NCBI RefSeq assembly: GCF_964204645.1
Contig: NC_134029.1
Span: forward strand, 20,454,950 to 20,518,949
Direction: 5' to 3'
From: Tubulanus polymorphus
Lineage: Eukaryota; Animalia; Nemertea
Length of the DNA stretch: 64,000 nt
Positions 1-12,065 of this stretch are shown here, one piece after another. Under the pieces are notes generated by a model, which saw only the letters and a program-made list of their open reading frames with translations, was not told the origin of the DNA and searched no databases. Numbering within the stretch: the first letter of the stretch is position 1; each line of letters opens with the position of its first letter. The translations under genes and the position numbers were made by a program.

Positions 1-1664
1 TCTCAACAAAAATACCCGAGAGTTACACAGCAATACACTCAGTACGAATACTAGACATCGCATTTTAAATTACAGAGAAGAGTTCATTAGGAACCATTCG
101 TGTATAACATTCACATGAAATTACAATTTTTTTGTTGTGATGTTTTTTTTTATAGAAAATTTCCAGTTGCGCACAGCATAGACACAACATATAAATTGTT
201 TTATTTTTAGTATTTGCCATTTTCTGCCCTGATTTTTAGTTACAGTTAAGTATCGCGTAGGTGATGGAAGCATCGGGTGATCAGTAAACCAGGAAATACC
301 AATTCATGTATATAAATATGATAATTGAAATTGATATTAGATAGATCGGTAGCACCGAGTATTGTTAAGTAGTTTTCGGCGCATTGGCTTTTGAGCGTTT
401 TGTCACATCAGTGTTAAGTTTTAGTACTTTGTGGTCTCGGAGATTCCTCGTACAATAGACATATTAGCGTACTTACTTACAGCATATCATTAGACCCCCT
501 CGCCCTTACAGACTTGCACGCATCAGCCATAACCCCCCTCTCCCCCAACACGCGTACATAATAACTGAATGATCCCTCAGAATGAATTTCAGCTTTCTGA
601 ACGGAAGCCTTAATGGAAACCGAAACCATAGCTGGGGAACAGCTACGTAATATCCCGCTGTATTAACAAACGAATAAAACGAATGTGACAATGAATTTCA
701 AAATAAGCGAAGAATATATTTTTAAAGAGCATTCACATAAATCTCTAAAGGATATATATAGCAACATAGCACAACAACAGTGTTAACCATATTTAGGCAA
801 TAGATTAGTTAAGCGAAAACCCACAACATAAATCTACACACCTGCTATTGTTTTATTCTTTACTTATTTGAAAATGAGATATAGTTACAATAGTAGGGTG
901 TTGCACCAGGAACCTATTCAGAAGGAATACCAGTATTAACAGGGGATAGAGGACGAAATCAGACGACAGTTTCCATTGAGGAGAAAAACCAATACTTATA
1001 TTAACAGGATTTTTACAATATGAGATGACCGCATCAGGAATAAAACAAAAGCAGGTGCATTCGGTTTATATTACGAGTTTTTGCTCTATGATATTCGAGA
1101 CTGGAAATAGTCTCAACTATTTACATTAACCAATAGATTTTTTGGTCCTTTGTTTGCCGATCGCAAAAAAAGGCTTCGTCGATCATCAGGGCCTGAAAGC
1201 CACAAATATTGCGTTTTTACGTACAAAAAATAAATCTACTACTTATTTCAGCAGCTAAAGCTGTGCATCTACGATGATGAAGTGTTACCAGTGCATAACT
1301 TAAACATATCATCTGGACAATGAATAAAATCAAGCTTGCAGCATTATATCGGTATTTCTGACGAACATAATCTTTAAAACAATAGACTACTTTCATCTCC
1401 TTTTATCTAGTCGATAACATAGTAGAAATGTAACGGTACACAATGCAACCTCAATGGGCGTTTAAACTCTGGTATGGTTTGCTGTCAGCACCCTAGACTT
1501 TTGTTATGTTTTTGTTCATATACCAGTTAGTCGAAATAGCGTAGTGAACGTTACTGTTACCTAAGCTCGCCATAATCTTAATCATACATATTCACATGAA
1601 TACATTCACTATTTTTTGAATATGGTAATATGTGACTCAGGCTGACTTTCAATAGTTCTGTTAT

Positions 1665-1876
1665 CAAGGGCGGAGCCAAGAGGGGGACCAGGGTACTGAA
1701 AGGCTCAAAATTAACTGTAAAGTGGTGAGCGCCTCAGGCGCAAAGCCACCAAGAGTTTTGGGTCCTCTTCGATAAAATTGTGAAATTTTGGTGTTCTCCG
1801 AGGGCTGTCACAAGGGAATAATTCATATTTCTTAGCAAAATGAAAAGAAAAAATGTTCATTATGGATCCGCCCTTG
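1665..1876. mobile_element. Non-autonomous hAT-like MITE with 5-bp target-site duplication
   Basis: TIRs CAAGGGCGGAGCCA / TGGATCCGCCCTTG; identical GTTAT flanks both ends (1660-1664, 1877-1881); no coding capacity. Confidence 0.7.
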
Positions 1877-4714
1877 GTTATGACTGAGTAAGACAAAGCC
1901 AATGCTCATAAAATGATCACTGCAATAAGTTTCAGTTGTTATGAATATTTACATTATACTTACAAAAAGAAACTGATGGATTCATATTCGTACAATAATA
2001 GATATGAGCCACTTTAAAACCATGGTATGAAATCTATCCATATGGAAACCCTTTAGGTAATGACCACCATAGTAGCTATGAGATTAAACAGACAAATTTC
2101 AAAATGTGTCGGCTTACATTGTCCAATCTTTTGTCCCAATTGTTTCTGTTCCCCATGAAATACACTGTACTCAACATTAAAACTCATCAGCAAACTGATT
2201 AATTTGTATTTTGGCCGATATTCATATTTTCTTGGTCCCAACTTGACAAACTGAACAGAGGTCTATTCCGGTTACAAGATATAAGTTGCCACGCCTCAAA
2301 AATCTTCATACAATAAATAAGAACCAGCTTAATCCGGATCAGCTTTACAATCCAGGTCCTTATCTCATCACAACCTTATTTACGCCGCGCTTAAAAAAGA
2401 ATTCGTTGAAAATCAGGACTAAGCAACAAGTTTTACTGAACCTAGTTCTTAACGATTTCTATTACTTACAAAATCCTCACAGATTCTGGGGCGACATAAT
2501 ACAGGCTATACAAACATCGTGTAAACATATATACCATATATTGTAGGAATAACGATAATACAAAAGTTTATAGTGCTTATCAATTACAGAGGGTCCCTTA
2601 AATCAACATAACTTATGTCAGCAGTTAGTCAGCAGAAATCAATTCTTCAGTGTCAACAAAATAGACGTCAACATTACATTCTCGGGGTTAGTAAGTCAGA
2701 GTCTGCGACTTACTAACTTCAAGATCACAGCAACAAATCAAATACGAGCCACGTTATAAATCGCTAGCTAGCTATGGGTGGAGAGAGCGCGGGCGTGACG
2801 CGACAGAATACGGATTGGATTTGTCATAATCACAACCCGCTTCACTAATGCAATTAAATTATAAGATCAATATATACACACCAATACATTTATACACGAG
2901 ATAAGCAACAACACGTCAATAAGTTCCATTTTAAAATAACCTCGACCTTACCTTATCTTCAGAATTTAAATATATCCGATTATCAAAAAGGCCACTCGGA
3001 AGTGCTCACTTCCTCGAGACCTTTGTCAAAGGCTTAAGTCCGATTACCAACACAAATAGTTTTTCATTTAACCACATTTTCGTTTGCACGTTTCTTTTTT
3101 TGTAAATTTAGTCAAGATTGCTCCATGAGTTATCGAAGACATTTCTCAAGATTAAAAAGCATGCGCGCAACACCCAAAACGTACGGTATCTGAGTAATCA
3201 GAATAGGCAGATAAAAAAACCAACATATTATGCACACAGTTCTTGAGGAGTAAGGTCAAATCATCAGGCAGACAATTTTTTCGATTATATCTTTTTATAA
3301 GATAGGTATAATATAAAATATCACAGTGCAATAAAACGCGGTCTAATTTCAACTTATATAAAGAACTCATTTCTAATGGCCAGAGTTCAAGTAATTCTAA
3401 AGAACTTTTAGCCGATTGTCAGAAAAGTAACAATGCCGGTGAACGGTATTGAAGTCAAATAATAACAGCGTGAACATTTCTTTGTTTAATTCCCAGATTT
3501 GCTTATCATTTGATCTGAAATAATTACGATAATGGTGAACTGCTCGAACGTAATCGCGTAAAATACATCACAACCCTAATACTTGTGCAACACGAAATTC
3601 TGGGGCGACATTTATAGACAGGATTCATCAGTTAGCTAGTATAGAAACAATGGTAATAAAGAAGTCAAAATATACAAATCAAACTCTAAAATTCATATCA
3701 AGATTAGTCAATACCCGTGTCTTATTTAGTGACGGGGCCAGTTGCTCAGAGATTATCTAATATTCGATGGAATTTCGTTGATATCATTTTGAAATACTGG
3801 AATGACTTGATTAACATTAACGCCTTTTTTGGAACATTTTCCACCAGTTTCGTCTCCACTCGTCAGCAGTCACCCGCTAGATGCCAAAATATACATACAC
3901 GCTGATTTAACCATTTAAGCACTAATCGTTGCAACTGACAATCTTCTTATTTTTTATTATGAATTAACCATATTACGTATAACTTCGGATTAACCTGTTA
4001 AAGAAGTACATATCGAAGCACTTGTTAACAGTCTTCAACGCGCACTAGGCAGGTTTCGATTCCGTTTTCCGGTACACTATAACCAGCTTAATCCAGATCA
4101 TTCACGACCCATGTAAGTCATCTGGTTTATGAGAAATTCAAACTAAACATTGTATTTTACACATATTCATAGGTGGATTATAAATAATATCCGAATAAGA
4201 TAAAAATCCTGATTAAGTGGATCCGGATTAAGCAGGTTTGAATTCGATGTTCGATTCAACCAGAATATACATATTACCCGGTACATATGCCCATATAAAC
4301 CTAATACAAGCAGCTGGTAGAGCTTATCTCTATCAACCATATTTTCTAGGTTTGTAGGCTTAAGCCAAAGTAAGCACTGATTATGCGGAAAAAAAGATCT
4401 TTTTTCATGAATTGCGCTCATCAATGACGATATAACTCATCATGATATATCACCCATAATAATAACCTATGGACAGATCACTGATGTCATTCATGCACTA
4501 GGACATGTGTTAGTTGCCCAGAGGTGTTGTGAGCGTAGCTTATGATTATTTGATCTACAATGTGACAAAAAGTTTTCGGACAACTTCCGTAAGTCGAAAA
4601 TTGGCACTTTTCTGCACCTATTTTCGTGAAAAGTTAGCATAAATCAGCGTCTTTCTTCCAAAAAAGTAGTAGTAGCACTAGTAGACTTGCTAGAAGCCGC
4701 GTTAAACCAGATTA

Positions 4715-4862
4715 CAGTCAACCCTCGGTATACCTCCGTCCCTTTTACCGCCAGGTTTTCTCAATGTACATCTCTATATAAATACATAGTAAAACACCCC
4801 TGATATACGGTACAACCAAAATTGTTCTGCACCGATGTGGGCCGTATATCGGGGGTTGACCG
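4715..4862. mobile_element. Tc1/mariner (pogo/Tigger-like) MITE just downstream of the RAB9 stop
   Basis: TA|CAGTCAACCCTCGGTATAC ... GTATATCGGGGGTTGACCG|TA: CAGT-type TIRs with TA duplication. Confidence 0.7.
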
Positions 4863-4960
4863 TACATTTCGAAGACCGAAACCTGCCTAAAAATGAAGCC
4901 GGTCCACTAATCCGAACAACAGGCCCCACGAACGAGGTATTGATATCAGTCGCAATGACG

Positions 4961-5599
4961 TTAACTACAACACGACGAGTCGTTGTTATTTTTACCGGCG
5001 CCGCGTCGGCGTTTCAAATCGACCGTATTTCCGCCGCCGTTCGACATGCGGCCGTCGAGTTTCGCTTCCATCTGGACGACGCGTTGCACGGCCGCCTTAA
5101 ATGCCTGATCGACGTTTATCGAATCTTTCGCGCTCGTTTCGTAATACGGGTATTTGCCGTTCGTGCGACACCAGTCGGTCGCGTCGCCGTGCGACACCGA
5201 CTGATTGTCGACGTCGATTTTATTTCCGAGCACGACGAACGGAAAGTTGTCGGCGTCCGAAACGTCGGCGTAGTACAAAAACTCTTTCTTCCACATTTGT
5301 AGATTCTTAAAACTCTGCAGATCGTCGACGCCGAACGTGAGCAGGCAACAATCGGCTCCGCGGTAAAACGGAGTTCGTAAACTTTTGAAACGTTCTTGCC
5401 CGGCTGTGTCCCAAATTTGCAGCGTGTACGAGTCGCCGTCGACCGCGACGTCTTTATTAAGGAATTCGACGCCGATCGTGTGAAACGACTGCGAATCGAA
5501 TTTGTTACTGACGAAGCGATTCATCAACGAACTCTTGCCGACGCCGCCGTCGCCTAGCAACACGACTTTGAGAAGTTTCTTCCGCCCTTTCGACGTCAT
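4961..5599 (-). CDS. RAB9: Ras-related protein Rab-9 (late endosome to TGN small GTPase), 212 aa, single coding exon
   Basis: GDGGVGKS P-loop, FHTIGVEF effector region, WDTAGQERFKSLRTPFYRG (Rab9-type), GNKID, ETSAK, C-terminal SSCCS prenylation motif. ATG at 5599; a TTTCAG acceptor at 5621-5622 indicates a 5'UTR intron, so the longer ORF-track start at 5674 is probably intronic. Confidence 0.95.
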   Translation of the reverse strand: MTSKGRKKLLKVVLLGDGGVGKSSLMNRFVSNKFDSQSFHTIGVEFLNKDVAVDGDSYTLQIWDTAGQERFKSLRTPFYRGADCCLLTFGVDDLQSFKNLQMWKKEFLYYADVSDADNFPFVVLGNKIDVDNQSVSHGDATDWCRTNGKYPYYETSAKDSINVDQAFKAAVQRVVQMEAKLDGRMSNGGGNTVDLKRRRGAGKNNNDSSCCS

Positions 5600-5859
5600 G
5601 TTGACATTTGAACACGCAGACTGAAATAGATTACGAATACGATTAGTTAAATCGTGGCAAGTATTTGCTTTCAACCTTGTATCTAGATACTGATGGGCTA
5701 CACAGTGGTATAGTATTAGCAGAGCACACTTGCTCTGGCAAGCGAGTAAATTAAGCTAAATAATGAAGCCGAAATGATTTTGCGCGCATTTTGCATGTAT
5801 GAAATTTAATATTTGATCGACGGCAAATAATTCAGATGAAATAGCATAAATTGGCCCTA

Positions 5860-6193
5860 CGTAAATGGTGTGTGACGCTAATCCCGCCCGATTTCAGCCT
5901 CAGCAACGATGAAAATCGCAGTTCTCGATTGCAAGAATAGTCATGTGCCTAAGTTTCGCCAATTAACATCAGATGGCGCCACGGTGAAAACAGTACGCGC
6001 TGAAAAGTCGGAATTAATAATCATTCAGATGCTGAAAGCAAATATCTATATCTATTCTATTGAAAATCCGCATAAATATTTCTCTGCGATATTTCTTTAC
6101 CATTCGAGAATATCGCTCGATACTTAGCTATAGATTAGACCGTCGGTTCAGTTGCGAGTTAGGTTTTTTCATATCCCCAAGACACCTGTCAAA
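5860..6193. promoter_or_regulatory. Probable bidirectional promoter between RAB9 and the UCH gene
   Basis: Head-to-head genes with ATGs ~600 bp apart; CCCGCCC GC box (~5883) and AGATGGCG YY1/CTCF-like motif (5971). TSS positions are inferred. Confidence 0.55.
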
Positions 6194-9100
6194 ATGGCCG
6201 CTGAAAAGGAGACGCCGAGATGGTTACCTCTCGAATCAAACCCAGAGGTACGTGAATTTAACGAATTGTGAGCTAATTTGCATTGCGTTTTTGAACCCTA
6301 TTTAACATTACACGCGTTCATTCTACTTTCAGGTCATGGACCAGGTGAGAAAGCCGTGCATTCGAAGATGCTGAGTCAGAAATGTCAAAAAGCCGGTCCC
6401 ACTCCCAGACACTCGACTGCCAGTGCCGGATTCGGTGGGGATGCAAAAAAATTGCAGAAGCCTCTACACATTTGAAAATTGGTCAAATCCGTCAAGTGTC
6501 AGCCAGTTGTCCAAAAGAACTTTACACTGACTAAAAAAGGGTGGATCTATCTAATCTAGACCTGCAATTTGAATAAGAATGGGCACTTTATATTTGGAAA
6601 TCAATTTGCTGATCTAGCTTTATTTTAGTTAATACTATTTTGCCAACATCTATAGATAAGATATACTATGAAATTATTTTATTTTAACAGGAATAATGCT
6701 GCTGTATCGGCAAAGTGTCACCTGTGTTTTATTTGGAAAAGCAGGGCACATTTGGCAATGCTATGGCTGCAAAAGTAATACTGTTAGGGGTTCTGGGCGC
6801 CCTCCCACAGAAAATGTAGGAAAAAGAGGGTTTTTTATCGGGCCCATTTGGATTTATTTTTGATCTTTTTAAAAAGAGAACAATTTTTCCATACTTTTTC
6901 GAGGGCACATTAGAATGCTCCCCTTTAATCTGCCCTTGAAAGTGAAAGTCTAGTGTAGATTGAAGTAATGGCCCAACACCCCTAAGAAACCATTTCACAG
7001 CCACGGGCCTATATTATTTATTAATTGTTTACGGTTTGATGCTTGCTGTATATTGATTAACTCTTGAACTGATTCCTGAAATTTATGTGTTCATGATGGC
7101 ATGATGCGCGTCCAGTCGGAATTTTACTTCATAAAATTAGCTTACTTAGTTATCCCTCCCTTTGTAATTTATGAATGAAAATTATGCCGTTAACTATATT
7201 CTTTTCTACGTTTTAGTACGTTCGGAACCTTGGTGTTCCCGAGCCATGGGCGTTTCGGGATGTCTACGGTTTAGATAGTGATATGCTGGCTTCAATACCT
7301 AAACCTGTTCTCGCCGTGTTGCTGCTTTATCCCTTGACCAAAAATGTAAGGTTTTCAGTCAGTATTTCGTTCACCGTGCGCAGCATCTGGATTGACACTG
7401 AATATCTTCGTGATGTTGTCTTATTTTTAGGCCGAAGGAACAAAGATAGGGTCGGAGGATGCGTCGGCAAACCTGTTCTTCATTAAGCAGACAATAGGAA
7501 ATGCTTGCGGTACCATCGGAATTATCAATTCCATTGGAAATAATTTAGATTCGATCGCAGTAAAGCCAGGTAATCAAAATCAGCTTTAACTCATTGCCTG
7601 CCAAACCCGTGCTGGTATGGTTTTATTTGTTTCTTAACTCTAATGATAGATGGCGAAGGTGTGGCACAACACCAGTTAGTTTAAATTGCCTTGTACTTAT
7701 AAACCAGATTATCATCAATTATTCTCTGTAATGTGGTACGTCATCTATTGAAATGGGAGCTCATACGGGACATGGAACGGCATATTTCCCACATAACACC
7801 CACCCCCTTGCACTGTGGTGATTGCTACAGATTGTATCACCCTTAGAAGAACTACTACTGATTCGACCTGAATATTAACCAGATGAACAAAATAAAACCA
7901 ATTTGATGGAAAGATCCTGGAGACTTGGTCGAATAAAACCTATTCTGTTTTTGTTCATTTTTAGGACACTTAAAGAAGCTGTTTGATGAAACGGCGTCGA
8001 TGACACCTGATGAAAGAGCTAAATATTTGGAGAATGATTCTGTGAGTTCTCTTGTTCGTCGATACTGTAAAATACTGAAGTTATTTACGTTTAATTGAGA
8101 CCAAGATAGCGGAATGGCACCTTAAGAACAACCTGCCTTACCTTCTTATGCGGTAACTTACTATGATATATCTCATTTCAGGGAATAGGAGAAGCCCATG
8201 ATGAAAGTGCTCATAAAGGACAAACTCAGGTCAGTATTATTGAAAAATAGGTTGATCTGTAATGGTTTGTTAGTTATTGTATGGACTAGTGTTTTCGTAA
8301 ATGGAATGGTCTTCTCGAAAAAGCAGAAACTTCAAACTAATTCTATCAATTTGAACACCATTAAGAACCTAAATCATAGTGTATAGGGTAGCTTACTTGC
8401 TTAGGTTAGAGGCTAATATCATGTTACGAATATTGTATGTTTTTAGGCTCCTGACATGGCTGACTCGGTGAAACATCACTTCGTTTCGTTCGTTCACAAA
8501 GATGGATCTCTGTATGAATTGGGTAATTGTTTGTATTGCGATTGTTATGTTAGATTTAGCTAAAATAGTAGTTGAATTATAAGATAAAAACCCACTATGT
8601 GCAAATGAAAAGAATTTTAAAATCGAGAATTTATCAATTCAAACAATCTGAAATATAAGAACACGACGTTTCGATTTCGCCCTAGAGATCGTCGTCAGGT
8701 GTGAGATATAGTTAATTGAGGAAATTAGTCAGTGAGTTTAAGTAATTAGTGGTTGGCAAGGCTTGAAGTAATATACTTAGAAAGAAGGGAAGCAGTTGAA
8801 AGAAGTTAAAAAGAAGCAGTTGAATTGTTCAGTTTTTGTGATCGTCGTTATTCTATTGTAGATGGACGTAGATCGGCTCCAGTTGCGCATGGATCAACCA
8901 GCGCAGATAATCTACTCACTGTAAGTAGACTTGCAACCCTGAATTGTTGCACTGTACTGATCCCTGCAGATGTTTGGTCATACTTTCATGTAGATTGTTG
9001 AGTGCAGGATCCTTATTAAAGTGCTTTTAACACTTAATTATGTTTTGTTTAACGCTTGATTAGCGCTTTCCTGCTTGGGACTGGAAGTCGATCAATTTTT

Positions 9101-10316
9101 GGAACATGGGGTACTATAATTAGTTGTTAATTCAATACAGGGAATACCTGTTAACACATTGACTGCCAATGACAATGTAGGAAGTTATAATCAGAAATCA
9201 GCCCCCACTGCCAAACTATCCCACATGATATCAATTTATGGGAAACCATTTCACGTACCGGTAAATAAACGTTGAATGAATTGGATGAACTGAAAACTTC
9301 TGTAGCCGCGTTCACACTACATAATTTAGAACGGTCTAAATTTGGACCAAGCGTTCACAATAGTAAAAGGTCTTTTAGATCATTCCAATTTGCACTGACC
9401 CAAATAAATAATAGCCTGGAACTCAGATATAAATTTCATGGCGACATCTTGCGGGACCAGTAATAATTATCTGCAGCAGTGCGCGTGTGTGAACGCACAC
9501 TCTGATTTGGCGCGCATTCTAAATTTGGTATACGTTCGGGGTACAGAACCAATGAATGCATGTTGTTTATTGCCACTGCCAGTAGGACCCATATCGCATT
9601 ACTCTACCACGTGCTTTTAAATTGCATCGATACCCAAACGTACGGACACAATTCAGTACACATCGGCATGTATATATCAATGTGGTTGTCAGCCAACTTC
9701 TTAGCCACTTCTTAGGCACTCAAGCTGCACATGTTCCGGCATGTGAGCTGGACATTTTCCGGCACTGGAGCTGCACATGTTCCGGCATGTGAGCTGGACA
9801 TTTTCCGGCACTGGAGCTGCACATGTTCCGGCATGTGAGCTGGACATTTTCCAGCACTGGAGCTGCACATGTTCCGGCATGTGAGCTGGACATTTTCCGG
9901 CACTGGAGCTGCACATGTTCCGGATGTATATTTACGTAGCTAGCAGCTAATGTGTTAAGTGCCTTAATCTACATGTGAGCTTGCCATCTTGGGCACTCGA
10001 GCTGGAACTTTCAACACGAATTCACCAGTTTTTTATGTGGTTTTAGGCCAGGAATCGACACCTGGAAATCTCTGGGAATGTGGACGGAGTTTCCTTTTAC
10101 AATGCAAATATAGTGTTGACTTCATTTTGTCAGGTTCCAGTTCGTCGATTTAGGCGAGGTTTTAACTGTAGTACACTAATCCCGGTCATGAAGTACACTT
10201 TATGTATCTATAAATCTTCCTGTTTCTTACAGGATGCTGCCTCCGTCATTCAGGACTTCATCAAACGAGACGAAAATGAGAATTTCGCCATCGTAGCTCT
10301 CGTAAAGAGTGCTTAA
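6194..10316 (+). CDS. UCHL3: Ubiquitin C-terminal hydrolase (peptidase C12, UCHL3/UCHL1-type), 225 aa, 9 exons
   Basis: Exons 6194-6247, 6333-6344, 7217-7345, 7431-7569, 7965-8041, 8182-8229, 8447-8522, 8862-8920, 10233-10316; all GT-AG and in phase (678 nt). Motifs WLPLESNPE, KQTIGNACGT (catalytic Cys), HHFVSF (catalytic His), LYELDG (catalytic Asp). AATAAA at 11155. Confidence 0.93.
8661..8702 (-). ncRNA. Minimal type I hammerhead ribozyme motif (Penelope-like element type)
   Basis: Minus strand reads ACAC-CTGACGA-C-GATCTC-TAGGGC-GAAATC-GAAA-CG-TC-GTGT: CUGANGA and GAAA cores, stem I ACAC/GTGT, stem II 5 of 6 pairs, palindromic ACGU in place of stem III, GUC cleavage triplet. Confidence 0.7.
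9151..9958. mobile_element. TTAA-flanked (piggyBac-like) non-autonomous element in UCH intron 8
   Basis: Ends TTAACACATTGACTGC and (reverse complement) TTAACACATTAGCTGC match at 14/16; a related left end TTAACACGTTTGCTGCCAAT occurs at 49545. Confidence 0.6.
9716..9922. repeat. 46-bp minisatellite (~4.5 copies) made of two alternating 23-bp subunits
   Basis: GCACTGGAGCTGCACATGTTCCG + GCATGTGAGCTGGACATTTTCCG repeated; degenerate copy near 9970-10010. Confidence 0.95.
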
Positions 10317-10530
10317 GGTGCGTAGGCAGGCGAATTCTTTTTTCGCCGTTTTTACGAATGTTGTTTTATTCACCTATTCCAGTGAAGTGCGATTCTACAA
10401 TTCTTAAAACGTACCTAGTTTCCAACTGGATGTACCATTTGCTTAGATTTGACCAAAATTGTCAAGAATTTAGCACGGTTTACCTCCGTAACGAAATTGG
10501 TAACTCTAAATTTTCCAGAGCTTGTATATT

Positions 10531-10789
10531 GGATGGCCACTGACCTGGAAAATTCAGGGAATCATAAAAATCTAGAAAAAAATCATGGAAACCTGAAAAA
10601 CTCAGGGATTTGGATAATGCTGTTGATCACGTGTTTCTTTATCAGTATGTGATTCAATGAAAAATGAATGAATCGTAACATTTTGTACCTAGAAATTTCT
10701 CTGATTCACTCATGGAATTTTGTGTAATCACATGAAAAATTCAGGGAAAACTCAAGGGATTTGTAAATGGGTAGAAAGTGGCCACCCTG
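10531..10789. mobile_element. Degenerate CAGGGTGGCCAC-type (hAT-like) MITE downstream of the UCH stop
   Basis: GGATGGCCACT ... AGTGGCCACCCTG ends with internal AAA(T/C)TCAGGGA subrepeats; the same terminus recurs at 23822. Confidence 0.55.
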
Positions 10790-11586
10790 ATATGATAGCT
10801 ATGGCAGATTTATGGAAAAATAGTTAATTATGTGTTTTTTTTCTCTGTTATATGTTGTAGATGGAGAAATCGACGATGCATTTGCCGAAGGTTTATATAA
10901 TACTCAGCATTCTGCGTTCGATGTGATCCCGCACTGACATCCGATATGCGCTAAATAAATCAATGTTTGTTTATATAAACACTGTGTATTATGTTCACCA
11001 TTACAACACGCGTCTGCGCGTCTATATGACGAATTATTCCCTAACAGGTTCACCTTGGCCTTCGTTGAAAAATTTTGACATCTTCAAAACGCTCCGCTTC
11101 AACGTTCATCGCGTGATTTGTAGCCAGTCTACTGAAGTGTTACTTATTTGAAAAAATAAAACTTGTTAAGGCCCTGATTTGTGCTTACTTTTCACAAAAA
11201 TATCATAAAGGGCTAAAAAATGCTACTTTTGACATACGGCAGTACTCGGAAAGATTTTGTCTCAGCATTCGTAAATATGCTTCTAAGTGTTGATAATAAA
11301 AAAGCCAAGCACATATACCACTTCTGGGCAATTAACACGGGGTGGCATAAGTGATTTGTCCATAGATTATTATGGCTTGACAACCGTGATGCAGGGGACG
11401 CAATTCACTGAAAATAAGTGCTACTTTTTTGCTCAAAAAGCGTTTACTTTGCTCGAGCCCTTTTACCGCTACAAACCACGCTAAAAACCATTTTCGGAAT
11501 ATCGTAAAATAGATAATGAAAAATCACTGCCATTATTGAAACGAAAACGGCATTTTGACGGCGGCGTCGAATGAGGTATGACCTGG

Positions 11587-11719
11587 GGGCCCAGTTTTAC
11601 AAAAAAGTTTAACTCCAATTTTTGGTGTAATCGCCATCGGTTACTTCATATGTATTCAAAGAGGTCAAAAATTTCAACTTAACCGTTGTAGGCTTAAACT
11701 TTTTCGCGAAATTGGGCCC
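11587..11719. mobile_element. PIF/Harbinger-like MITE (second copy at 16194-16322)
   Basis: GGGCCCAGTTTTACAAAAAAGTTTAA ... TTAAACTTTTTCGCGAAATTGGGCCC; flanks TGG/TAG; similar copy at 16194-16322. Confidence 0.7.
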
Positions 11720-11900
11720 TAGGTTACGACCATTTTGGCACGATGAATATTGTACGACTCCCAAGTGTTGTCTACTGCGTATGATATGTTTCGGGTTTTC
11801 ACTAGAAATACTATGAATAAGTGTGTGTGCGTATTTGTCATAAGTTATGAAATTCTGCTGTGTGTTAGTTTGACTGGTAGAAATATTAAATCCTGACTGG

Positions 11901-12065
11901 GGGATCATTCATTCATTACGTACGCATTAGGGGGAGGGGGAGGGCTTAGTGCAATTGCGTACTGTAATGCTTAATGTATATGAAAAAATGGCCGATTTTT
12001 CGGACAGAGGGGAAGGGGGGTTGAAAAAGTCTGATTCCATGCGTACGTAATTAATGAATGATCCC
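11901..12065. mobile_element. PIF/Harbinger-like MITE with 3-bp TGG target duplication
   Basis: TIRs GGGATCATTCATTCATTACGTACGCAT / ATGCGTACGTAATTAATGAATGATCCC; TGG on both sides; G-run-rich interior. Confidence 0.8.

Noticed and set aside
3845-3872. CTGACGA-GT-GGAG-AC-GAAA on the minus strand resembling a hammerhead core
   Set aside because: No stem I partner and no valid NUH cleavage triplet in register; probably chance or fully decayed.
4835-5310. Plus-strand ORFs of 155 and 69 aa
   Set aside because: Antisense shadows of the GC-rich RAB9 CDS; no recognisable motifs.
9701-9916. Cys-rich ORFs in three frames; CRISPR-like periodicity
   Set aside because: Translations of a 46-bp tandem repeat; no unique spacers, no cas genes, eukaryotic intron.
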